Origin: Takakia lepidozioides
Lineage: Eukaryota; Plantae; Bryophyta
Direction: 5' to 3'
DNA: 64,000 nucleotides
Assembly: GCA_030704615.1 (NCBI GenBank)
Contig: CM060732.1
Span: 70,184,001 to 70,248,000 of the forward strand
The notes beneath the pieces were generated by a model, which saw nothing but the letters and a program-made list of their open reading frames with translations, had not been told where the DNA came from and ran no database searches. Shown piece by piece: positions 1 to 22,960 of the stretch. Every line of letters begins with the position of its first letter. Within the stretch, counting starts at the first letter, position 1. Made by a program: the position numbers and the translations under genes.

Positions 1-2207
1 CAGAGGAGGTTTGGTATGGGGACGAGAAGAGCAGCGATGTCACCCTGCAGCTTGTGCCCAAGCATGACTCGGAGCACTGCGCTGCCAATGGCTCTGATGA
101 TCAGCCCAAACACACGCACACTCCCACACTGTTGCTGGAATACCTCAAGCACACATCCACCGCGCCTCTCCTGCTTGAGGATGGATCCAAGCATGGGAGT
201 AGCCATGCTACCACCTCGGATGTGCCCACCAAACGAGGGCAGCCGTCGAAGAAGAGAAGGAAACTGCATGGCCACCCTGAGGCCACCACACTGCATGTTC
301 ATTCTGCCACTCTCCGTCGCTGCCAGGTGCTGTATTGAACCTGCAGTTACATTACTGTTCAGGACGGATTTCTGGATTGCTGTGAGGACATCCGATTATT
401 AGAATGTATCACTTAAGAATAATTTTCTGCAGCTTCTCGTACTGATGACTTGGATGCATAAGTGGACACAAACAAGCACACAGTACTTTACAATCCTAGG
501 CTCGGAAGGACAGAGAGGGAGGTACACAATTGAATTGTACTTTGAATCCACTTGGCTTAAATTTAGATCTTAAGTAAATGTGCATAAGCGCGCAAGAAGC
601 CTAGTGTCAAACCAGATTCTGTAAATTGAGCATAATTGTAACATCTAAATGAATACTGATCTGTACAAAGACATGTAGCAGTTGGTATTCACGTTTTGAA
701 TGCTGCAACTGGGTTGCAGTACTTCAATGCGTGCTTGGGGGAGCGGTGGGCCAAAGATGCGGACGGCGCACGTCCTGTGCAGCTAACTCTGGAGGCCCAC
801 AGCGACCCTAGTTGCTACATTCGATGCATTGGCTTTCTTTATACGAAGGACCTCTCTCCAGCGAACTACTTCCAGTCTGTGGCTGATGCCCTCAGTGTTC
901 TTCGGTGGCATCCCAGCTCCTGTTTCAGGACTGTATAATCTCTTCAATGCGTTACCTGGCAGCCATTCCCTGGAGCCCAGAGGACCAAGCAGCAATCCAC
1001 TCTACACTCTCCTTCGTCCACCTCCCTCTCTCTGCGGATTTAGCCGCTCGGCTGGGTACCTTCGGGGTCAATGGGTCCACAGGGCTGGAGCTTTCAAGTT
1101 TGGTGAAGAGGGTCTTGGAGAAGCTTTTGGCCACCAACACTCAAGACTGCCTGAGCTTCCGTGACCGACGTGCAGTGTGTGAAAAAGTGTTGAGAGGGAA
1201 CATGCAAGGGCCTTTGTCCTCAGGACCGCTCGCGAGCATCACCAAGTCCGCACTCTATGGAGAATTGCACAAAATTCTGAACAGATTCAAGGATCAGGTC
1301 TGTACAATGTCCCCATTCTTACTGGGGACAGGGCCTGGACACAGTAGAGGCATGTTAGAGGCTGAATCATATATTTATAAGGACTCTTTGTAGGTAAGCC
1401 AGGGTCTACCAATAGGCACATTGGGTGATCACTTGAGTACTACTCTTTCTGGTGTAGATGCGCTTGGCAGCATACTTACGGCTTTCGAATCTCTTGAGGT
1501 AATTAATAGTCGATTTTTGGGCTGCTTGTTGAGGGCCCATTCTTCTTTCCTGCTTTCGTTTTTCGCCCAAGCCTTTCTTTCTACTACTTTTAGACTGGAC
1601 CTTCTGACGAAATATGAAGTAACAGGTGAAAGACAGCTGCTGGCTTCATGAAGACGACATTCCTGATCTAAGTAAGGGGATTGTGTGGCTGCTCAACACG
1701 TTGCTGGATCTGAACGTGGCTGACGATGCTGTCAAAAGCATTTCCATTGACAAGGAGCTCGCCGACATAACCTCCGGCCTGTTAGAGTCCATCAAGTCCA
1801 ACTTCTGCAACGACTTCCTCACAGAGTTTTGCCATGTTCTGGTGCGGATGTTGCACGCACTTGAAAAGGGACAGATGATCCTGGACAATTCAACAAGGCT
1901 GGCTCTTATAGAGACCTGGCTGCCAGTGCTCAAAGAGAGCGAGTTTGTCATTAGCGATGAGCTGAGGGAGAGTGCAGAAAAAGCTGTGAATGGGGCTTTG
2001 AAAACTCTACCTATTTTTGATCAGGAGCATATCTTGACATCATGGTTGTCCAAGGACCCCGAGCTGGACTACAGTAGCTGGCCTAACCTCTCAGAGGCCT
2101 TTGATGCCTGGTGCCATAGCTTTAGATCTACCATGAACCTCCTCGGCGGTGGAGAGTTCAAAGGGGCCCCGATGGAAAGCCAAATTCCAACCGGCAGCGC
2201 AGTGTAG
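1..2207 (+). CDS. Plant BTB/POZ-domain protein, 5' truncated by the window edge; apparent 1-nt frameshift at ~903
   Basis: Exons <1-326, 720-1297, 1626-2207 with GT-AG junctions. Translation reads WYGDEKSSDVTLQL...LHVHSATLRRCQ|YFNACLGERW (BTB-like), then FQDCIISSMRYLAAIPWS and RLALIETWLP...ALKTLPIFDQEHILTSW...WPNLSEAFDAWC, motifs of the plant BTB family. The frame changes at 903-905. Confidence 0.75.
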
Positions 2208-2715
2208 ACGGTTCCTTGAAACTCTGGAGTTTTGTTGCAACAACCTTTAGTTTTTGTTCAACTTTAGGTAGGAAGTTAGATGGTGTAGGACTGGTTCAAG
2301 ACCTACTGCTAGATTTCTCCTTTCTTGTATATTAAGGAAGCAAGTAAGCTGGACCTTCGAAGCTTCTTCCAATTGCAGATCTTCTTGAAGTAACAGAACA
2401 CAGTGATCATAGTCTCTTCAAAAGCAGGGTGTCTTTGAGGTGGTAGAACTTCGATAACACCTCATTCAACTTGCTCCAATCCCTTGAAGCCTTTGTAAGC
2501 TCGGACTTTTTTTGGGTGCTGACACCTCTGTTGAGGGGCACGAAGATGGAAATGGGCTGTTTCATTATGCAGAAAATTTGGATCTGGAGTCCCTCCTAAA
2601 GGACCTGGAAACCCGTCGTTCCATCTCTACTCAAAATTTTCAGGCAAATGGCTGACTGCTTCCAAAATTGTTTTCTCACGGATAAATTGCAGACGAGTCA
2701 ACCCAATTGTCCAAA

Positions 2716-7281
<4,566 letters not shown>

Positions 7282-7619
7282 CCCACCCTCCACAACAATC
7301 TCCCTCTCACCTCCTCCCTCTTTACAACCTCCTAACCTCTTGATTACAAAGTTAATCTCTTCCTCTGCACCGATCCCCTCCTTCTACTCTCGGAGACTTG
7401 CGCAACAATCAACACAAATTTGACAAAGTAATCACAATCAACAAAACAACAGAACCGAGAATCCTTCCTTCCATTTACTTTCTCTCAGTCTTTCTCAGTC
7501 TTGCTCTTGCAGGCTGCGAATCCAAGCTGGACCATCGGGTCGGCTCGGGTCGCCCTGTATAGAACCGGGCTCCAATTATCATCCATCCAATCAATCGATA
7601 TTCATCCACTGTATAGGTA

Positions 7620-7775
7620 GATCCACGTGTTCATATCCATGGAGGCTGCCGAGGCGTCGCCACCTGGATAACCAAGTGGCAGATATGACACGTTGATTGG
7701 CCACACATTACACGTGGCTTGGGAGTATTTGAATATCCACGTCTCCGGAACCAATGTGCGGGTCCACGTGGAGAG
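7620..7775. promoter_or_regulatory. Cluster of G-box/ABRE-like motifs in the divergent argD/RING intergenic region
   Basis: CACGTG at 7624, 7711 (ACACGTGGC) and 7765, plus near matches GACACGTT, CCACGTCT and CCACCTGG within ~150 bp. Confidence 0.55.
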
Positions 7776-9088
7776 ACGGATATTCTGTCACAATTCCTAT
7801 GCCATTATTATTATACAGGTATATTACCCTGTAATATACGGGTGCGCGTATAACCATTTTGTGACGTTCGGTAGCCATTTTAGGTGGCTTTTAGGTGCCG
7901 CATTGTAGGCCAATCGGTGGATATAGCCATTTTCTTTCCTTTTATGAATAAGCGTGATTATGGCGATTCAAATAGAGAGAATTATACGAAACCCTTGGGT
8001 CGTCTCTCTCCTCAGGAAGGTGGGGCCGGGGAGGGCTGAGACGAGGGTTTCAGCGGTGCGCTCTCGGTCTGCGCGGGAATTCAAGGGGGTTGCAGTGTTG
8101 AAAACCCGGAGGAAGGTGGTTGGGAAGACTCGTGCGTGATAGTGTAGGTGGGAAATCCTTTGGTTGGGGGTGGGGGTGGGAGGAGAGTAGGGGGATCGGG
8201 AGGATGCAGGAGTAGACTAAGACTAAGGTGAAGTAGTAATTTCAGGAGGGAGATTTGGATCTTAAGACAAGTTGGTCGTATGATTTTTGGGAGAGATAGA
8301 TTGAGAGTGGGAAGGGACGTTGTAGGATTCTTGAAGGGGTCCGCCTTGAACGTCTCTGGCAGGGAAGACTCAAGAAGGATTGGGAATTGTGCACAACGCC
8401 GAAGAGCAAGATCATTCGCCGGCGCGGGTCCTTGTTGTGTGTTGATTAGGGATTGCATCGAGATCAATCTTTATAATTGATAGAGTTCAAAGTTTGGGAA
8501 GGCTTCAGATGCGCCATACTCGCACTCTTCACATTTCAGCCCCACTGCACCTGGGCTCGCTGGTTTTTTCGGTCTCCGAAGCCCAGTTCCGGAAGGGGGC
8601 GCCAATACAGCGGTGCTTAAAGTTCTGCAATCAAGAGGGGGGTCTCTATCATCTCTCCAATATCGGGGAAGGAGGAAGAGGCCAGTAATCTGTCGCGATT
8701 CGCACTTCTGGTCTCAGCGGGGCTTACTTGGAAGAACTATTTTGGGAGACTGAAATTCCTGTCCAGATAGCGTTCATTGAGGGAGAAGGTAGCACCATTT
8801 CGACGTAAAATTCTCATTGAAGCAGACAGAACAACCTTTTGGTGGTGCCTGAATTACACTGAAGGGAATTGTTCGGTCTTCTGACCTGGAGTAGAGACCG
8901 CTAAATTAACCAGTTCCTTTGTAAGGTTTACCACAGGCGCCCGCACGAAACTTCTTAAACAGTGGTTTCCAGAATTTGTCATCTGGGATTTCTCCTATTT
9001 GCACCGGGGGGTGCATTTCGGGCTACGTGCGGTCTTCTGTTTAGTTGCAGGTTCGGGGCCAGAGGCTTGCGGTAGCTCTGGTTCATTC

Positions 9089-11007
9089 ATGGACGATACA
9101 GGGGTGGCCGTTGGTGTTAGTCAGCTTCTCCCCACTTGTGATGGGGTTTGTGAGGGAGGGTTGGGAGGAGACGGAGCAGCAGCCCTTGAGTGCTCGGCAG
9201 ACGCTTTCGTGCTCCAGATTCTGGACGAGAAACCAGACACTGTCGCTAGCCCTCCCCAAACTCTGTTGCCTCCTACCTTAGTAAGTGCTAAACATCGAAA
9301 ATTCCATCTCAAAGCTTTACTTCATTGGGCATTCTATGGACACTAGCCCCAACCGTCCATTTTTTGAAGACGCTATCTCAAAATTTGAAACTCCTCTTGG
9401 CCATCTGCTTTTGTACTCCATTTACATGCATTGAAAGAGGAATGAAAGCAGTTGCTTGTTCTTGGGATAAGAGACACTCTTGTTGCGATTTAAAATTCTG
9501 GTGCAGATTAGCATATCTCTCTCTTTCCCCTCATTTCTGCCTTCAGTGTTGCATAGCTGTTGGGTGGTGTCTGACTTCCAGTCATAAAGTAGAAATCCTG
9601 TCATTATTTGTTTGTTTTGAACAACTATATGGAGTTGGAGCTGCATAGACACTGGATTGTCCACTAGATGATCATTTGCTGGAGGTGATCCTTGCACTGG
9701 AAATTTGGCCAGGTGGAGAGCAGCGATATGTCTGGAGATTTATGCATTTGTGCGATCTGCCGCGACAAAATTGTGCTGGAAGAGACTTCACAGGTCAAAG
9801 GATGCGAGCATGCTTATTGGTAATCCTCTTATATGGTATTTGATTTTGTAGGGAAGAATATATTCCCTCTTCTTTTTCAATACAATCTTTGAGGTTTCAG
9901 GAACGGTAGCATTGTACAAGGCACCGCAATTCCGGAAAGGTGGACTGTGGTAGTTGCTTTGAAAGTCCTAGATTGTTTATATCTATGATGAGGCATGTGT
10001 ACTGCCCCTGAGAAGTTGTGTTTAGTGAGCTTATCATGAAGGAATTGGACTGACAGGGGAGGAGGATGGGTGCAGTGTGACTTGTATCCTGCGGTGGGCA
10101 TCGTACAAAACTGAGCCATGGTGCCCCCAGTGTCGCCTTCCTTTCACGGCCTTGTATGTGTACAGAGCACTTGATGGCAGGTGAGCAATCAGAACACCTT
10201 ACCCTAGATTTAGAAAGTGCGTCTGTGAAGTTGTATTTGAGTGGGCTGAATCGTTCTTTTGATTGAATGATGCTGGCACATAAATCCTCGTCTTTCTGTC
10301 TGGCAGTTTCCTAACAGCAACTGAGGACTGGATTTGACCTCTTGTATGCTCAGCATCTAATAGTGTGAATAGAGTACCAGTGTGAAGTGTTTTACCAATG
10401 CAAGAGGGGACCCGCTAGCCTGTCTCTGGGAACTCCAGTAATGTTGGACCACCTGGGATCGGTTTAATTGTAGTCACAGCTGTACTGAGTCTCGCTTCGT
10501 GATGGTCAGATACCCGCTTATAATTGGGATTGAAGATTTGTTCTTGTTGAATGGTGGGATGGGCATAGTTTAAGCGACTACATGTTTGAGGAAAGTGTGT
10601 GTTTGCTGCTACGGGCCTCCTGGTTCAAAGGCATTCCACTGCTGCCAGAAATAGAGGAACCTGAGGATTACCATGAGGAAGATGATTGCTATGATGAATA
10701 CTATTACAAGTCCAACTTGCGCCTTGGAAATCGGCGCTGGGGTGACAATGGGTATGTGCGTGCTGGGCGCCGGGAGGCACGGCCAGTAGGTGTGCGCCAC
10801 CTGGCCGCTGCTATTGTGGATGAGGCAAGTAGCTCTTCATCCACAAGGCCTCCCAAGGGGAAAGAGAAAGAGCCTGCCAAAGAAGCTACTGGCCGGCGGG
10901 CTAAGCGGGCCCAGAAGAGGGAGGCAGCAGACAAGGTGGCCCCTGAGAAGCAGGCACATCAGCAGCAGCATGCACGTGGCAGCAGCAGGCGGGCACTGTC
11001 ATCCTGA
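9089..11007 (+). CDS. C3HC4 RING-finger protein (probable E3 ubiquitin ligase)
   Basis: Exons ~9089-9280, ~9713-9819, ~10075-10180, ~10569-11007. Spliced RING reads CAICRDKIVLEETSQVKGCEHAYC|VTCILRWASYKTEPWCPQCR, followed by DYMFEESVCLLLRASWF and LGNRRWGDNGYV. Confidence 0.85.
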
Positions 11008-11964
11008 ATTTTGGGGATGCCAACAGGGAGCTTAAAGAAAAGTGCTTGCAGTCACAAGTGTGTTGTTCTTGTAGATGGTGATCGTCTTCCTTGGATGCAA
11101 AGGAATACTAACTTCTGAGTATTTGTTTTTGGGAACGGGCTTAGATTGTCAATCTCCTTTGCTTGCCAGTGGTGGTGTGTGTGATAGTCTCTCCAGGCAG
11201 GTTGTCGGCATGTAATCTTGTACAGACCAGTTCTCATGGTAATGATTTTGTCAATATATCTTTATTGTGTCCAGAGTCTGTGTACAGATGTAAAATTATT
11301 GCACTTGTGTCTGATGCTGTATACCCAGGCTGATGCTGGGAAGTGCAGCATCATCAATCCTATTCATCAATCCTATCAATCCCATCATCATTCTATCTCT
11401 GCCTCTTGTGAGGGTCAGGATAATACCCTTTTCCTACCTCGCCCTCTCCTCCGCCCAGTTGTTAGCATATGACCAGTTCTTTTGGTAATGAAGTTGTCAA
11501 TAGACACATTATTATGTCCAGACTCAGATGTAGTTCTATTTGTACCTTGTGTCTTGATACGTGGAAGGAATGAAAGTGCTTCGCGGAAGAATATCCCCCT
11601 GCCCCCCTCAAGTTTGAAGGTGGGTAGACTAGCAGCATTATGCATGCTCATCTGTGTGGATGTAAGTCTTTTGAAAGCCAGGACGTTCTTCCCCTACTTT
11701 GTCCCCTCCTTATTTTGCTCTTACAACCTGCAAGGATTTGAAGGAAAGGGGTAATTGAATGAGATGACCATGCCTAGCCCTTACGAGTTTTTAGCCATGT
11801 ATGCAAGTGCTGGACCACCCGGAACGTTGTTTGAAGCCGCGGTCTCTTGGTGGGTCATGTCAAGCAGAGCTATATACTTTTGGTGTCCTCAAAGCCCTTA
11901 ACAGATGTTGGATTTTACTATGAAAAGTGGTTGTCGTCTGCAAGTAAAGTCAGCATCACAATTA

Positions 11965-12031
11965 AATATCAACCAATGAAGGCTTCATAGGCCCATCGCA
12001 ATTGAATATCAACCAATGAAGGCTTCATAGG
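11965..12031. repeat. Short direct repeat, two copies of AATATCAACCAATGAAGGCTTCATAGG
   Basis: Identical ~27-mer at ~11965 and ~12005. Confidence 0.8.
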
Positions 12032-13013
12032 TGTATGTAACCATAGATATTTCTTTGGCAGGCCCCAACGCCCCATGATGGAGAGGTAGTGGAAGCTGCT
12101 GTGCACCGAGCCCAGCTTTTGTAGGGCATGATTACAGTGTAAAGCTTGCAGAGATATCAGGGTAGCCAATAAGACCCTCACTGCATGCGTACCTACTTTT
12201 AGAAATGCAACCTATGAGTTGCCTTGTATCTCAACTTGACCATCCAATCACTCTCATGCGCAATCGCGCGGTGACTGAGACCCTTGAATCTTTAGTTGGT
12301 AAAAGTATCTGAAAAGATAATTGCTTGCCGGTCTATGCACAATTTCAGATTGTGCTACCAAGCTCATGGGCTGAACGGCATAACATGAAAGGGAGGATAC
12401 ACCAGGTTTCTTTCCTATGAAGTTTTTGCAGATGGTGGGAATCAACTGGGCCTGGAGAGGATACCGACCTGAAAATAACAAAGACAATATTTGGTAGGTT
12501 TCTAGGGAGAGTAGAATAGTGTGGACTTTGGGAGATATTGCAATCAAAATTTGACACATGGAACAAGTGTTTGTGTGTGTCCAAAATTTGCACTGAACAA
12601 ACAACGTGATTTCCTGATTTGGCATCAATTTTGCAAAGGTATATTAAAAAAAAAATGCCTTGTTTTTAATATCATTGATGTGAGTGCTTCCTCCCCTTTT
12701 AAATGTTAAAAAAATTCCTCTTCCCTGGTGGAGAGAGAGGGAATCTTGCAAAGAGGGAGATGATGATGATGAAGGCATAAAGGGTTTGCCTTCTACACCC
12801 AAAATGATTGGGCAGCCTGAGATACCGAAAAGGGAAGGAAAAGCCAAGGTGCTAGCAAGGCGACCAGAGCTGGCCCCCTCTTCATTCATTGTGCTGCCAT
12901 CATTGCCTTGCCCCCACACTGCTGCTAGATTCTTCCCTATCACCCCCCTCCATATAATGCAATGCCCCTCCCAAACTCCCCTCGTGATTCCAAACTAGAG
13001 TTTAGTTGGAGTA

Positions 13014-13226
13014 GGGAGGAGCCTGGCCACCAGAGAAAGAGAAACTCCCCTCGCGAGGAGCCCGGCCACCAGAGAAAGAGAAACTCCCCTCGTGAGGAGC
13101 CCGGCCACCAGAGAAAGAGAAAGAAGACTCCGGCCAAAGCCACCATACCTTCGTCGCTTTTCTAGAATTTAGTGGGAGTGGGGCAGGCCACTAGAGAAAG
13201 AGAAGAAGACTCCGGCTGAAGCCACC
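13014..13226. repeat. 39-bp tandem minisatellite (GAGGAGCCCGGCCACCAGAGAAAGAGAAACTCCCCTCGC), ~3 copies plus a partial copy
   Basis: Three near-identical units at 13016-13120, which produce the spurious REEPGHQRKRNSP ORF. A diverged partial unit lies at ~13185-13226, followed by (TA)n. Confidence 0.85.
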
Positions 13227-16200
13227 GTGTGTATATATATATATATATGGGTCATTTTCCCATATGGGGTCGGCCAACTATCACCCCCATGGGGCTTCCA
13301 ACTTGGGTTGGGCGGCTTTTTGGCTCTTCCACACTCTAAGAGTCAAGGGACGATTTGCTGGTCTTTGCCAATGGAGAGCTCGTGAGCGAGGCGCTAATGC
13401 AGTTGGGAAATTCCGTATGTTCTAAAGTTCTAACCCTTAAACCCCCACCAGGTCCGTAGAGGGCTTTTCATATTCTTTTTCTTAAAATATCTTGGGCAAA
13501 TCTGCCCTTTGAGTATGCTCATACCAGCCACCTGCCAGCATAGGCTGATCTCTCAATTTATTTTGGGGTTTCATAAAACTGCTGGTAGTGGGAAGGGGGG
13601 TGTGTTTGTGAATTACCTCCCTTGAAGGTTGTGCTTTAGTTTCCCTTCAGGGTTCTTGAGTTGTGGTTGTGTTGTGCAGGGACCCACATGCAAGATGCTA
13701 GGCGCCGGCCGGAGTCGGCTGGCCAAAAGCCCGACGCATCTTCACTCGGTGGATCCGACTTAAATTTCTTTCTGCGGGGCTGTGAAATAGAAAGGCACGG
13801 GCTGCGGTACGGAGCGGAGGCCAGAAAAACGTAACGTAGGGCGCAGAGACGTGCGGCAGGGGTGGGGCCCGTGGACGCCTCCCAATCATTGCCGCGTGGC
13901 TCCTTCCACCAATCCGCGCCCGCCTTCAGGTCCGGCGCGTGACCGCCACCCCTCGCTTCTGCGCCTCGTCTAATTCCACGTACACGCTCTCTCCACCGCC
14001 CGATCATGTTCCTCGCCCGTCCAGCCTTCGGATACAGCACTGCCTTTCACCGTCGGATGCCGAATCGGATGGCGAGCACTGCCCGACAGTTTAGCCGCGT
14101 TGCCATTTGGGGGCCCTTCCCTGTCGCCGAGCTGACGACCCACGTGTTATGTTGGATGAACACTTTTATTCATCCGTTCTGACGCATTCAGCCCCGGTTG
14201 CCAAACCAGGGAGGTTCGGTTGATCTGACTAGTGGTTGGAGCTCGTCCGAACGTGCGCCCCGCTCTTATTTATGGCCGCTCTGTCAGTTCTGTGCAAACA
14301 TTATGGGGTATTTGCCCGTCGACATTTACAGTTTTCCGAACCCCCGCTGAAGGGCGTTCTCTGGTCCATCAGAAAATACGACCCGCATTTTATAAGCCTT
14401 GATCTGGGCCCGGCCCCAATTGAAAAGACAAGGCTGGAGCCAATACACGGCCGCCACTGTTGAGAATGTCTCCAGACTTCCCATCAATGCCCTGTCACCT
14501 TTTGGCCCTTGTGCATTTTCCTTCTCCCAATTTGCAGCCCCTACACTCAATGGCCCCACGCCCGCTCTCTTGTCACTCTCTTCCTCCACTACTGCACTTA
14601 CCTACCTACCTGCCTTGGTGTGTGAAACAAGCAACTGCTTACTTCCCATTTCAAATTTTTTATTACACCCAAAAAGTTGTGTCCATGGAGACTGTCCTCT
14701 TTTTATTCTATTTTATTTTGTGTTTTTGGGAAATCCGAAAGGGGAAAGAAATTAAACCCCATTAGTGCCATAACTCGAAGGCGAAATTTAAATTTGTATT
14801 TTGTATTATTTTTTATTTATGAGAAAGTCGTATACTTGAATGTTCCCTAAAAGTCAAACTAATTGTCAAACTGAACAAGACCACAAAACTCGTCGCCGTT
14901 TCCGAAAAGCAAGCAACCACATTTGAATAGCCGCTTGGTCCGGCGCCGGTGGTTCTTGGTTCAAATCCCGCCCTGCAAGTTACGTGGTGGGTCCTGTAAG
15001 AAAAATTGCTTTTAAATTCTAAAAAGAAGCATGTTAGCACTTAAATAAGTGATTTAGAGGCCAGATATTAGGGGGCAGCGGGCGGTGTGTGTTTTGTGGC
15101 TTGCCGGGGTCTCGCCTGGAATCCCGGCTGCACTATTACTACTCACTACTCACTACTACTTACCATCTAGTAACTTTTCAGCCCAACTTAGTAATAGTAA
15201 ATGGTGATTGGTAACTCGTGATCTCCATCGGTATGTATTTGAACCGTATATGTATAGAAGATATCTGACGAAAGGGAGGAGGGTACCTACATGCAGGTAT
15301 TTTTGGGAAGCAGTTTGTAGTTGTATGTATAGTGAGTGGATACGTAGAAGAGTAGGTAGAGACGGGGGAGGTCGTCTCTCCGGTTTTGTCGTACGTGTGA
15401 CAATTCCGGAGCGTGAGGATGTGCGCAAACGCAGGTTTGCGTGCCAGCCTAGCTAGGTAGCTATGCCGACAACCATCGGGCTTTCACCTCACCGTGGCCT
15501 GCTCGCGCTGCACTTCTTTTTCTCTCTTGCGGGCTGGAGCAGTGAATCTGCGTGTGGAGGAGTGTGTCCTTTTCACCGGTCACTGTGGTCCCTAAACCGG
15601 TGCCTGGCTCCTGTATGTGTTACCGTGCCCTGTTCCAGGAGGGGTGCAGTGCAGTCCATGTTTGCCTCTTCTCCCTCTACAGCTAAGGCATGCCAGTGAT
15701 TTGGAGTCTGAACGTTTGAACGACTTGCTGCGATTGCGACCTTGCCTGCTAAGGACGTTCGATTGTGCACATTCATCTGTTTAATGCGTAGTGTTTCAGT
15801 GCGCTAGAGAAGCGAAGAGAATCTCGTCGTGGCGGGGTTGATCGAGAGGCATCGAAACAGAAGCTGCACTGAGGGAGTGACAGATGTCTTGGATTTGGCA
15901 GTGAAAATACGTCCAGTTTGCACGCGCAACGTAGGGTGTTGGACGTAGCAGCGGAAGAGAGCAAGGAGAGATGACTAGGATCTCTGTAGGACGTCGTTAC
16001 TTCAAATGCACTTGAGCGAGAGGTAGCTTGTGGACGGCAGTGGTTTATCAGGCAGTATTGGCGAAGTTGGAGAATAGACTAGGTTCTACTTCACACATCG
16101 GCTCAAGAGTTGGACCCCTGAGGTGCTCTGTACATATGTTAATGTCTCCTCAGAATTGCTGTACCATACGGCAACGGTTGTCTGTGTTCAAGGTTAGCTT

Positions 16201-16638
16201 GCTTCATTGGCAACATTTGTCATACTTTTTAGTGATTCGGCTGCATAGCAAGATATGATGTGAAGTTGAGCAGTCGGCGTTGTTGTCTTTGAAGGGGTAA
16301 GCTTTGGCCTTCCTAGAACTAGTAGACAACCTTTATGGATGCGGAGTACGTGAGAAAGATAATTAGAGGAGCCTAAGCGCTCAGTACGGCTCTCAACCCT
16401 GGCTAATTGCCGAAGCTGCTGGTTTCAAGGTCACGGCAGTGCGAATCTGAGAAAGACCAGAATTTTTTAACAGATCTGCATGAGGCTTCTGGAAAGGTGT
16501 GACGTGGTGGTCTACCTAGTCGAGGTAAAACGGATTCTTACGTCATTCAGGCCGTTCTTCGATTTACAGAAGGCTCAAATCATCTGAGAAGGGGAGGGCA
16601 ATCAATGCATGTGACCGGGGTGCGAAGGATAAACAGGA

Positions 16639-22960
<6,322 letters not shown>

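Noticed and set aside
13014-13226. Regular 39-bp repeats as a CRISPR array or repeat protein
   Set aside because: Units are contiguous with no unique spacers, the context is eukaryotic and the ORF has no other coding support.
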